A stretch of DNA of 64,000 nucleotides from Epiperipatus broadwayi (taxonomy: Eukaryota > Animalia > Onychophora), in assembly GCA_028023455.1 (NCBI GenBank), contig JAQFVV010000004.1:21824001-21888000 (forward strand). The letters are read 5' to 3'. Position numbers and translations under genes: made by a program. Positions 1 through 13,567 of the stretch are shown one piece after another (position 1 is the first letter of the stretch; the number at the start of each line of letters is the position of its first letter). The notes under the pieces are model-generated. The model did not search any database. It was not told where the DNA came from and saw only the letters and a list, made by a program, of their open reading frames with translations.

Positions 1-1028
1 ATCTATTGTCTTATTTATAATAATATTGCGATTTATTCCTGCAAAGGCAACCTATTTGATTTAAGTCCCCCCAATCTAAGTTTGAATACATATATGATAG
101 ATAAAAAGAATTTACCCTAGTTGATTAGTCATTCATGCTGAAATAACATATAACAATAGTTAATCAATAATATATAACGTATAAGATGAATTCTGTAATC
201 TACCAAGTCTTGTAATTTAATCTGTAAAAATAGATAACTCAATATATATATAGATAACCTGATGTTAAGCAGCTAGAAAATCGATGAGCTTACCTGGATT
301 TTATTTACAATCATAAAAAACGAACTAAGTTACCCCCTTCCTCTTCTCTGCTAACTCTAAAAATGAAATTTTTCGCAGCATAAACTATGAAATGCTCCAT
401 CGGAGTATGAAAATAAAACACAGATAAAATAAAAATCAACAAAATTTATAATCACATGATCACCATCTCTATACTAGCACATAATTGTTGTAAACAAAGG
501 CAAAACTCTCCATACAGTAGTGTCTCGAAGCCTGATCGTTCTTAAGGCAGCTGTTTAAAATCTGATTGGCTGTCTGAGAGACAATCGCGCATGTGAAAGA
601 CTAGCAAACTTTCAATTATTACCAAATTATTAACAACATGCGATTTAGACAAATATTATCTAAATAAAAAGTATGAAAAAATATATATGAGAAAATAATT
701 TATAAGTTACATTACAATGCTGTTGTTTTTTTATGTATATGTAATATTTTAACATTTTATTTATTAATTAAAGGGTTTTTAAAATTATTTTAATATAGAT
801 TATTTTATTTTCATTTCCACATTTGAATTAATAAAATTAGAAACTATGTAGAAAAAAATAAGTAAAAAAAAAATGAACGTGCTTTAATGTATTATATATA
901 TATATTGAATTTTTTAATATTTGTCTTGTTAGGATGAAATAATGAAAGTATTGCTTTGAAATTTACTCGAGCTTGTATTACATTTATTTAATTAGTAAAT
1001 AAATTATAATTAAATAATCGATTTTTAG

Positions 1029-1220
<192 letters not shown>

Positions 1221-1271
1221 TAAGGATCGATTTTTAATTAGAAATTATTTTTGTTTTTGTCATTATTATAA

Positions 1272-1648
<377 letters not shown>

Positions 1649-1867
1649 TGAAGTTGCTTAGATTTTATATTTATCCTCAAATGATATAATAAAATTAAAG
1701 CTAATTTTTGCAATTAGAACTGGGATAGAAAAAAATAATATAAAGATTTAAAGTAAAAAATTTTAAATATTTATGTAAGAACTTAAGTCACAAAAAATAT
1801 AATAGTATTAATAAATGGTTAAAGTAAATTATTGATATATCATAAAATCTTATTAAATAAATTTTAA

Positions 1868-2062
<195 letters not shown>

Positions 2063-2296
2063 TAAAATTGCAATAATCATTCAATAAATAAGTTTGAATC
2101 TGAAAGATATAATAAACTTAAAAAAAAGAAAAATTAATTTTTTTATTTGATACAATAAAATAATCATCTTCAATATCAAGGCATACTTTACCAGCTTTTG
2201 AAACTTTTTATCAAATAGAATTCTGTGTTCATTTTACAAATAATTAATATAGATCCAAGAATTGGACAATAATGACAAAATGTATGTTACCTTCTA

Positions 2297-2415
2297 ACAT
2301 CCATTGATTACTATGGCTTCCACTATGTGACAATATTGTACGAGAAAGTTGCTCTTGTATTAACAGGTTGTGTAAGCATAAGAAATGGTGATCATGTAAT
2401 CTTATAGTGGTTTAA
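2297..2415 (+). mobile_element. family H 3' fragment (another at ~445-525, minus)
   Basis: catccattgattact...tgtgtaagcata...gtgatcatgtaatcttatagtggttt matches the end of the 38345-38470 arm. Confidence 0.6.
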
Positions 2416-2419
2416 CAGA

Positions 2420-2620
2420 TACTTTCTGGTTTGTATATGTTTTTTAATAATCATCTTTTTCTTCCCCAGTCTATCAAATACCTTTCAAGATCAAGGAAAT
2501 ATGTTAGCTTTGCTTCCTCTCCATATATATCTTATCTGATACAAACTTCTTTAATTATTGTTGTTCTTCATAGTTTTAACTGTCTAGCAGTTTTCTTAAA
2601 ATCTGTAATTAACATATGTA
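2420..2620 (-). mobile_element. short LINE RT fragment
   Basis: RQLK...IKEVC...GEEAKLTYFLDLER resembles the 'FIDLEKAFD' RT motif. Confidence 0.35.
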
Positions 2621-3244
2621 CTATATTAGTGTGGGTTAGATGTGAAAAATCAAAAAAACCTTAACTGTTTTGGTTTAAACCAGGGGTTGACGGAGAAGGA
2701 CACTGTCATTGCATTAATATTTTAATGGCAAAATTGAATCTTGCTCTTTATCATGAAATATTATATATTAAAAAACTTAATCAATCATATTTGAATGATT
2801 TTTAACATTAGTAACACATAATTTTATTAGACTTTGATGCCTTTTACGTTTTTTAAATAAAACACCACTTTATGTTTATTATTTTTGTTAAACTTGAATA
2901 TATATATATATGTAATATATAATAAAACATGCAAATTACATTCATTTGTGTGTTACTTTCAAGAATAAACGTGAGTTAATGTTAAACATTTAGTCTGACT
3001 GCCCTGCTTTACTTAGTGCAGTGGTAGAGCATCAAGATCCTCAGCTCAATTCTAATTTTGCCACTTCTGGTATTTGATCTTCTTATGAACTTTTGAGCAA
3101 TAAAACCATTGAATTATTCTTTTTTTTAAATTATCCTACTTAATATGTATAATCTTAATAAATAGTACAAAATGCAAAAGCAGAAAAATATTTTAAAAAA
3201 AGTTAATCAATGGTTCTGATATTAAACGTTTTGAATAAAAATGT

Positions 3245-4560
3245 TAGTTTAAAGGCTTTTTGAGTTCCCAAACTGAAGACTTGAAACGAAAAAAAACTTG
3301 CTTGTTTCTATACTAGTTAAAGATGATGGAGTAGAGTGCATCACTTTTTCAAATGTGCTTTTTTTTTTCACCATTCATAATTTGACACTTTGTGGCATTA
3401 TAGATTCATATTATTGGAGCTTGTTCCTGAAATTTCATTAGTACTTGTGGTAATAGAAAACATGACTCACATTGATTTTTCATTTAATTGGAATTTATTG
3501 TTAATGATTTGCTTTGTATCAAGCATGTAAGAAAGAAAATGAGTTGGAGTTTAAGCTATGTTATATCTGTTTTTAATTTTATTTTTTTTTAATCTCATTT
3601 TGTGACATGTATTGTATATGATTTTAAAGTTCTTTTCATAGACATAGAACATCAGTAATGGGATGTAAGTTTTTATATATTTGATTAAGAATATCTCACT
3701 GATAGGCTTTAAAATGCAAATCATATCTTGGTGGACATAGTTTTTGGTTATACATTATTATCAAATTTGTTACAGTTATCTTTGCAAATTTTTGGAAGGG
3801 TAGGCTAGCCTTTAATGTAAACATCCAGATAATCTATTCAGTTGTTTATAGTTTAGGAGCGCATGATTGTCTGAAAAGATGTTTCTAAAACATTTGGTAA
3901 AATTTACAAATTAAATTTATGTCTGCAATTTTTTAGCAAGTTTCATATTTTCTTCAAAAAGTATATTATCAACTTATCTTTATGCATTGATAAAATTATA
4001 AAAAAAATCAAACAAATCCACTTTTTTTTTTTTTACCTTTTCAATGCTTATTTTATCAAATTAAAATTAATCCACTTGACAGTTTCGATTAAACCATAGA
4101 TATATTATCTATCACAATTGAACATACAAAATACTTCATCTCTTCTTTATATTTCTTGATGCTATTAAATGCTATCTCAATCAAATATTATGGTTTATAT
4201 GGATTTCCTGAAGTGTTCACAATATCTGCCAAATATCTATCCCCTTTTGCAGTTGTTATTGTAACACATATCATTGGTTCATTATGGAAATTTAACTTTC
4301 CATTGATCCCTGTATAAACAATTGTATTTTTAACATGAAAGAACAGCTCTTTTTTCTATCTAATGAACTGTGTTCAGTAAAATATGTCCATTTTTTTTAT
4401 ATATAGAATACTCTTGTTGAAATTGTTAGCAAATTGTGGATATTTCACACAATAATATTTCAGATTGATAGCATTTAAAACTCTAGCTATTTCTAAATCT
4501 GATGAATCTTTCTATTCAGTTATTTTCCATAACAAACAAATCCATTGAAAATGACGATGA
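3245..4560 (-). mobile_element. hAT transposase remnant
   Basis: Across frameshifts: KDSSDLEIAR; HNEPMICVTITTAKGD..ADIVNTSG..IEIAFNSIKK..SIVIDN; ILKPIS; TPTHFLSYMLDTK; LGTQKAFKL. Motif order is as in hAT transposases. Confidence 0.75.
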
Positions 4561-5489
4561 AACAAAAAAACTGACAAAAAAGGGCAAAAATATTCATAAT
4601 ATCGGTATATATACTTAAACTTCCAGACTAATATTTAAAAGATAATATCAAAATATATTCTACATTTTTTATATTAAAAATTTGTTGACTTATATAAAAT
4701 CAATAATTATATGTGTGAATGCTCTAATAAATATATACTTGGTGATGCTATAATGCATTTTGCTGAAAAGTCATGTGCAAAATCTAAAAACTATTATTAT
4801 ATTAAAAGGTCATTAAATTGACAGTCATTATGAGGCCACTAATGTACACGTATAAATATATTTCTGTTAATGTTACTATGTGTGTTGTAGTTAGAGACAA
4901 ATATAAACCTTCATACATACATATAAAAAGTTATCCTTTAGTTTGTTTTTGTCTTTTCTTTAGATACAGACATATGTACCCATTATACATATTTGCATCG
5001 TGTTGATTTAAATGCATTTGTCATTTGCAGCCGTAAAGAAGATTGCTAAACAATTGAAATTGTAAATAAAAACAACAATAACAATAATAAAAGATATATT
5101 AAAAATGGAAAAATAAAAAGGAATACAATATTTTATTGCGCATACAAATTATGTGAAAAAAATGAATATATAATGGAATATGTAAATTATTGAAATTCTC
5201 CTTATTCAAGATCATCAGTAATATCCTAGCTGCTATGAAATTAAAATCTTCACATTTTGTTGAATTAGTCTTTTTCTGCATCAGAATTGCATCTGTACCA
5301 AGGTTCTGTAATGACTATCACCATAAGTTATAGATTATATTACAAATAGCTAATTCTTTCAATCTTTTTTGTCAAAGCCTTTAAATAATTTAACTGAAAT
5401 CTCACAAGTTCATTGAATGTCACCACTTTTATTTCATTTAAAGTTTAAAAAAATTTTTTTTTCTTCAATTAATGTGGATGGATCAAGGG

Positions 5490-6630
5490 AACACAGTTGG
5501 ATGGTTTTAAGAAATTACAACAGATCTTTTAGTCATATATCAGTTTTATATAAAATCTTTATCAAGGTGATTTATTTACAATGAACTTTGGATTAAAACC
5601 AACCAAAAGAACAAGCCCAGGCTATGAATCACATCCAAGTATTGAAAGAAATTATAGAAACAACCAATGACATGAGTTGCCATATGTTTTGAATTTGTTG
5701 ATTATGAGAAGGCATTTGATTCTATAAGTATTTCAGCAATAATGAAAGATTTAGATTACATAGTGACACTAAAAAGATTAACATTGGTAAGGGTGTAAGA
5801 TAGAGTAATTCCATATTTCCAAAACTTTTTATTGTAGTTTTATAGGAAGTATTTAGTGGATTAAATTGGGAAATTAAAAGAATAAAAATATATGGATTTT
5901 ATTTGTCCATTTCAATTTGGCAGATGATGTGATTGTTTTTATAAAGAACGATTTGGAGCTTGGGGAAAAAAACAATGGAATAGTTATTAAATGAAAATAA
6001 AAAAGAAGACTTAATGATAAATGCTAAAAAGGAAATAAAAATTTATAATAATAAATTAGAAGTTAATAATTGCAAAGAACTTGATCAAATTAATAATACA
6101 GATCAAAACATAATGGATAAAATTCATTTTAGAATTAAACTTGTATAGAGTGCTTTGATAGAAATAATTTAATGTTAAAAGAAATTATGTCTGTTTGAAA
6201 AGGAAGTCTTATTTTTAATAGATCGGTTTAGTAGCTCTTACTTATGGAATTGATATTTAGATACTTAATAGAAGAACAAATACAGAGATTTCAGACCCCT
6301 CAAAAAAGTATGCAGGTTGTATGTTGGAAATTACAAGAAGGAATTATAAATGAAATATGATAATGAAAAAACTAACAGATATCATTGACGTCATTGAGAT
6401 AAATTAAGAAATTAAAAAGAAGTTGGGTTGCACACATTGCTAGAAGAGGTGGTAATAAATGAGTAGTTGAAGTTCTTAAATTGTTTCTCATGAGATTGTG
6501 AAAGTCCTAGAAAAAAGATTACAAGCTAAATAAATAGAAAAGAAGTTTTCTGGTGTGCTGATGAAAGGAGAGACTATTGATTAGAAAAAATGGATTAAAC
6601 TTGATATTCATCATGTAATGGATTGATAAT
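5490..6630 (+). mobile_element. degenerate 5'-truncated RTE LINE (RT region to 3' end)
   Basis: KNY..SVLYKIFIKVI; FVDYEKAFDSI; IGKGVR..SIFPKLF; (F)ADDVIV; ends gattgataatgat. Confidence 0.8.
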
Positions 6631-6844
6631 GATAGAAAATATGTCAGCAATGCATCAACTTTTTTAATTTACTATTTCTATTTTTAATTATTTTTATTTT
6701 TATGATGATTCTTTTATTTTATTATATTCTTATAAACAAATCTATATTTAAAAAAAATTTTTTTTTCCTATTTCCTTACTTAAATTTTTTTAACCAGCCA
6801 TTTTCTCTTTTTATTTATTTTTTTTCTTAATTTACTGTTAGGCC

Positions 6845-8640
6845 TTCCAAATTGAAACTGTACGATTGGGTAAACAGAATATCTTTTATGTTCAGCTGCC
6901 AGTTTTCAATAGCATGAACTTACATATTCAGACTCTTACTATTCTGTCTGAATTTATTCAGTGAAATTATGGTTTATAAAATCTGTAAAATCAATCATAA
7001 ATATTAATTGAAAACTAGGTTCTGCAGTAACATATATTTAAAGTTAAAAGGTATTTTATTAACTCCAAATGTACTTAAAAATGAATATAAATAATGATCT
7101 CAGGGAATTGATAATAACATAACATCAATGTGACTATAAATTAATATGATATGAGTGAATGTATAAAATAACTACTACAAACTTATAAATTGAAAAACCA
7201 TCCAACTTTTATTTACATCATTGATAAACGATAATAAACAAATCATTAATAATATTTAATGCCTCCATTTATTTCATAGCACTCAACTTAGGGAGCTGTT
7301 ACAAATAATTTTATAAATAAATGTTGCTACATAAAAGCTCTTCATAGAATTCAAAATAAAGTCTTCAGGTAATGCAAATGAAAGGATATTATAATTTCCC
7401 AATACTTAAATTATATACAGCGATGAGATCCTTTAGTTTGTTCCCATCAGTTGAAACACAAATAACATAGTATGTGCTAACTATCTAATCATTCAGACAC
7501 ATAATGTATGTGCGCATGGATATCTGGTTAGTAAATATTATCTCTGAAAATTTTAGAATAAAGAGAAAAAAAATGCATGCATAATAAAAAAAATGATAAT
7601 AATACATCGTTTTATTAAATTTTGGAAAATGTCTTTTTAAAGTATTTGCGTAAAAGAGTTCTTTATTCAAAATCCTGTAATCAGCAAAGCTTGACACGAC
7701 CAGTGAATGAATTGCCTCCAGGCAATTATTTCTCCATGCGAAGTCAGTGGTCTTTATAGTTTGCAAGATAATGCAATCTTCTAAAAATTTCCATTAATTT
7801 TCTCAAAATCATAACCAACTCCCAAATGAATTCTAGTATATCAATGTTATAATATTCGATTTTATTATGGGATAAATTTCTTACCTCACAATTCCATAGA
7901 GAAAGAATTTCATGAAATATAATTCATTGTCAAAATTTTGAAATAGAGTTGATAAATATGATTCTTTTAAAATAATGAAGCTTAAACTTTTAAATGCATG
8001 AAAAACCACGATGATCAAATTTATAGGCAAAAATTGGAAGGATCAAGGCATTTGATCCTTTTCTACTTAACTTTTAGCAATGTATCCTATTTGAATGCCA
8101 AATGTAGATTCTATTTAAGGAAATACACTGATGTTAACAGCTGCTAATTTAAGTTGCAAGTTGGTAATTTTGACTCTATATTATTCTTTTTTGATATCAT
8201 TTTTCGTTTTGTAATTTCAGATAACATTGTTATAGGAGTTCTAGAATAGGTTATCTCATCATATTTTTATATAAATTTTGATATAGCTGTACATGCATTT
8301 AAAGTTAGTATTTTAGAATTTCCAGAGATTAATAAAAAATATAAATCATTTGATCGTTATAAAAATTAAATATAATGGGCTTTTGGCAATTAAGCCTTAA
8401 TTAATAATTTAAATTAAAGTCTAAATAATAGCAAAATTCTTTTTTTAAAACATTTATTTATAATTTGGGATGCTTTGAGAATAAATATTCTGAAGTAAAA
8501 AATATATAATTTAATTATTCCATACGTGCTTAAAATATAGATCAATAACGAATGGTTTTGCATAAGTAAAATAAATAATGAATGTAAACATTTTTAAAAT
8601 TTTAATAGTAATGTATAGTTAAGAATAGGCATATTGTTAT
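6845..8640. repeat. copy 1 of a ~1.8-kb dispersed duplication (copy 2 at ~12815-16285)
   Basis: Long colinear matches, e.g. ataaataaatgttgctacataaaagc and caaaatcctgtaatcagcaaagcttgacacgac, occur in both copies. Confidence 0.92.
7075..8390 (-). pseudogene. gustatory-receptor-like (7TM chemoreceptor) pseudogene, copy 1, nested antisense in Spt16 intron
   Basis: Span of about 430 codons, broken by stops and frameshifts, with hydrophobic blocks. Piecing frames together gives C-terminal LLSFINDVN-IKVGWFFNL-..-SY..-YQF, similar to the GR TM7 'GFF.l...TY.vi.QF' motif; also KNSFTQIL (TM5-like). Confidence 0.5.
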
Positions 8641-8849
8641 ATACACCCTTACTTAGGGAAAAAAATGTTTACTATACATTTATTACAGCTTTAGTCTTTT
8701 TACTTAATTTTCTTTGTGGTGAGTTTCTCAGTCCTATTTATATTTTAGGTTTATATTTTTTCTTTTATTCAAAGTAAAACTCGATACCAATTTGTATTTT
8801 TCTATATGATTTTATTAACTAGAGAATGGACCCTGTTTCAGAATTAAAT

Positions 8850-9950
8850 TAATAAAATTCAAGAAATATATTGTACTGTTTTCTGCCTAACCTATTTTTA
8901 TTAGCCGCGAATGGCCGTATGATTAGGTTTGTATATCTAATAAGAATATATCCGTTACCTCCCACACCTAAGCTATGTTATTGCCTATAACCATTTAAGC
9001 GTAAGCGTTGTACATTTCCAGGTAATACGGTCCTAATTATAACAAACCAACTCATACCTTCTTGTAGAACCCACCAGCATTTATATGTGGTGATTAGCAT
9101 TATCTATCTACTTCTTAGCGTAAATAAGGATAAATTGACATACTAATAGATGCTAACTTTCACTCACATTGTCGTCTTTAATAATTTAAATTTATTTTTT
9201 TATTAGGTGCCAGGATTCTACTTAGACATTTTATTAAATCGACCATGGAAGTGTATTATAGATATATCTTAATACCCTGAATAATAAACATAAAATAAAA
9301 TAAAGTGTGTTGGCATCAACAGTTGAATTTTGCAAAAGAAGATCGCTGAGAGAATATATTTTTGAGGTTTAAATAATGACACATCGAAGTGAATTTTTTT
9401 TATTATTAAGAGCATATTTTTAATTTAATAAACACACACAAAAAAACGTAATATAATAATTATAATGATCCACTGACCATATTTATAGTTCATTATGATC
9501 TATTATTTTATGTGATATGTGGAATATCTTTAAAAATTACTTCAATAAATATTATGAGTTCAAAGTTTAATTTCGTACCAGTAAGATGGTCTAGTAAAAT
9601 AGTTCTTTGATAATAAATATAATCCTCTGGCTTTTACTCTGCGATCTGTATGTTAAGTTCTAGCTTTGACATGATGCTTCTATTTCAGACAGGTAATGAC
9701 TTCATTCTTCTAAATCATGATAATGATATCGAAGGGAAAGGAAAGACCGGTGATGTACAGGCATTCTAGCCCCCATCTGAATATCGGCGACTATCATGGT
9801 TTAATTCTGCATCTTTAGGTATATCCAAGAAAAAAAAAAAGGAAAGAGACCCCTTTATTCATGTCCATCTTTTTTATATCCCCCAGAAAACTTATCACGC
9901 ATGTGTACGTTGAACACCTCCCAAATTCCTTCTTCAAATTTTTATCTTTC
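8850..9950 (-). mobile_element. highly decayed LINE RT (I/Jockey-like)
   Basis: Weak remnants FFLDIPKD..LNHD and RITWKCTTLTLKWL.AI. Confidence 0.3.
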
Positions 9951-10559
9951 ATTAGATTTTTGTTCTCAAAGTTATTTTTCTTGTAACTATTGTGGCCATA
10001 TAATTACCAATGTCACACTTTGCAGAACTTTTATCAATATTTAAAATCAGTAGTTGCTTTTATTATTTAAATTTGCTCTTTTTCCATTTTTTTTATTGAA
10101 AGTAAAAAAAAACACACAATGTGTATTATCTCAAGGAAAAGAAATTTTCTAAGTTTAATCAAATGAAAGATTTATTTTATATATTATTTTGTATATATAC
10201 AAATTTCACCTAATATATATTTACTCTTTTTATATATATATATATTCCATTCTAAGAAAATCTTCAAATTCAACTGTCAATACACCTTGCACAGTTGCAA
10301 TATATATATACTATTTTTTAGATGAATTAACTTTTCTTTATAATCAAGAATTTTAATTTGCACTTATGAGTTTTTAAACCAAAAATTACTAATGTAAATG
10401 TTAGAACTTTCGTCCTCATCAGACATCTAAAAAATACTACATCTTGCATAAGATACAATTTATATAAATTTAGTTTAATATTCCCTATAATGCTTTGGGT
10501 CATGCTTTTATTATATCTATTATTATGTTATACGGGCCTTTTTAAATAGTGACGTGTTT

Positions 10560-12640
10560 CTTTGGTATCCTAGGCTTTTGTAGGATCTGTTTTTGGAAAA
10601 AATTCTGTTTGATATTGTGTAATTGGATGCACCGAAGTCTCTTCTGACATTTCCAAAATAGTATGCTGATCTGATGTTAAGAGTATTTGTTCAATATGTT
10701 TTGGCATGTTTCCCGTGAGTGCTTTTAATTTAGCCACTTATCTTTTGAAAAAGTGAGTGTAACTTCCTTTGCTTATACTATATTTATCCTGCATTACTTG
10801 GTTATGTATTCATTCTTGTATTCTTCATTCCAAAATTAGAACATTACTGCCTTTTTTTATAATCTATATGTTATGGGCTTGTCCCACAATGATTACCATC
10901 AATCTGTTGCAGCAGATTATAAATGATTTGTTGCAGTGGTTAATTTTTCTTGTTCATCTAATTTTCTTACTACTCAGGTATTCAGTTGGATCCTCATTAC
11001 ATCCACCTCTAAAGATTTGAATCTAAATAAAGTGAGAAACATTTGAGTCTATTGAACTCCAATATTCATTTACATCTAACTTCTGTATTATTTTTGAAAA
11101 ATATTGACATCTTTCCATTTGAATTATGCTTATACAACATTTCTTAATATTCAATTTTTCCGTTTTCTCTATAAACTCATTTTCCATAGTTTCATATTTA
11201 TTCTCATTATTTGAATCCTGTTTCTCTAAGATTATCTTTCTCATAATATTTGTTCACCTCTGTTGCCAATCCTCTTCTGCAATTTCTTAATCTGATCATT
11301 CATATTTACTATATCTCTATTAACTTCTAATCAATGATTTTCCTTTATTTTAACTAAATTAGTATTAACTTCTAATAGCTCTTGTTTGAAATTATCTACT
11401 GATGATCTTATCGCCTGTTTAAATTCTTCAATATTATTAGTCCTTAATTTTGTCTTTTATTTCCTTATTTTTGTTTTCTCCTCGATCTTCAACATTATCA
11501 CCTTTAATCTCAATTTGAATTTCATCTATTTGTTTAAGAGTAGCATGATCACATGTTTCAAGATGATTTCTAAATTCGTTTTGTAATTTGGTATTGTGGG
11601 ATTTAAATTTATTGATGACATGTTACATTGTTTTTCAATTTTTTCATGTTGTTTTTTTTTTGTTTGAGATTTATCTTTTCCATTTTTTGTCGAACTTCCA
11701 GTTAAGCGTTTGGTGAGTCTATCATTTCTTGCTTACTTCATCATGTAAGATTTTATGCTCTGTTAGTAGTTGCTTCTGGAAATTTTGAGACTTCAACTTT
11801 GATTCCTTGCATTCAGCTTATATTTTCTTTAGTCCGTTTTCAGTTTTAATCTGAACCTTTCTAAACCTGATAAATTCAGCTTTTGATTTGCTATGAAATT
11901 CTATAAATCCTTGCTGAAAGTGGCTGAACCTAACTTCCAATTTATCTAGTCTATTATTAATTTCAAATTTCTATCCTTTCAAGTTAATTTACTGTTTGGA
12001 GTTCAATTTTAGATTCCTTAAATTCATTATCAATGTTAAACTCGAGAATTTTTAAATTTTCTGAGTTGATATTTATCTTTCTTTCTAAATTTTTTGTATT
12101 GGCATCAATTTTAGTTTTTAAACTTTTTAAGTTAATATATATTTTAATTTCTAGTGCTTCAAAGTTTTTAGCGTTAATATCTAAGTTTATCAAATTTATT
12201 CATCATAATCTGACAGATCTTCGTCATTTCTAAACTATTAATGTCTGCCTAATGTATCATCCTTAACACCAGTCATGATTCTCAGTTTCAGTAGAACAAA
12301 TATTGAACAACAAAATATTCTTAACAAATATATTTATCTTTAACAATTTCTATCTCTTTAAATCTAACTTTTATTTCAATTCTTTGGAGTTATCTTGTAA
12401 TCTTGCTTCTAATGTCGTCTCTAATTCTTTTATCAAGATAAAAATTTCTTGGAAACAGAGATTAGACTTGCCCGATAAATCTGGGTTAATTTTATCAATA
12501 GTATTTATTATATTGTTAGTAAAACACAATATTAATAAGTAATTTTTTAATAAATATAAGTATATTACTGTAACATAGTAATCCAAGAACTGCCTATAAG
12601 TAAAATCAGTAACATATGTATAATAGAAACCCATCTATTT
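10560..12640 (-). mobile_element. degenerate Ty3/Gypsy-type gag region (coiled-coil plus capsid-like remnant)
   Basis: Coiled-coil K/E/N-rich ORF pieces (11023-12634) followed by FRGGCNEDPTEYL...IQE.IHNQVMQDKY...HFFKR.VAKLK. Confidence 0.45.
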
Positions 12641-13567
12641 CTGTTAAAAAATATATATATATATAACTTATTTATTTTGTCCAAGTGAAAGGATTATATA
12701 TATATTTAAAAAAATTATTTTTCACAATATAAAATTTTATATACCTTCACTCATCAATCACATGTCAATAAATCACTTGTTTAGACTACACTTATTTTTG
12801 TGCCACTGGTTGGATGCACCAAAATTGTAATGGTACAGATGGGTAAAAGAGATGTTCTTTAAGTTCATGTGCTTTCAATAGTATAAACTTACATATAGAG
12901 ACTAGATATATGTTACTGCAGAATCTTTTCGGTTAATATTTAAAACTATTAATTTTAGATTTTATAAACAGTAATTTCATTCAATAAATTTAGATAGAAT
13001 ATTAAAAGTTAAAGGGTATATTATTAACTAACAAATATACTCAAAAATGAAAATAAATAATGATCTCAAGGAATTGATAATAACAATAACATGATATGAG
13101 TGAATGTATAAAATAACTACTAAAACTTATAAATTGAAAAACCATCGAACTTTTATTTATATCATTGATAAACAATAATAAACAAATGTCATTAATAATT
13201 TAATGTCTCAGATTATTTCATCACTTTCAACTTGAGTGTTACAAATAGTTTTATAAATAAATGTTGCTACATAAAAGCTTTTTATAGAACTCAAAATAAA
13301 GTTTTTAAGTAAGTGACATAAGTGGAAGTATATTATAATTTCCCAATACTTAAGTAATATACAGCAATGAGATTCTTTAGTTTGTTCCCACCAGCTGAAA
13401 CATAAATAATGTAAAAAATGTGTTAACTATCTGATCATTCAGACACTTGTGTATTATAATGTATGTGACCTGGATATATATATATATTATTAAATTTGTT
13501 TTGGCAAGTAAATATCTCCGAAAATCCTAGAATAAAGAAAAGAAAAAAAAATGATGATAATACATCA

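Noticed and set aside
3000-3060. tagtgcagtggtagagc, resembling a tRNA A-box
   Set aside because: No B-box or cloverleaf; at most a SINE scrap
10397-10430. Minus-strand gatgt-CTGATGA-ggac-GAAA-gttcta-acatt, resembling a minimal hammerhead
   Set aside because: Stem II is essentially absent, there is a single copy, and it lies just beyond a decayed gag region; a chance match is plausible
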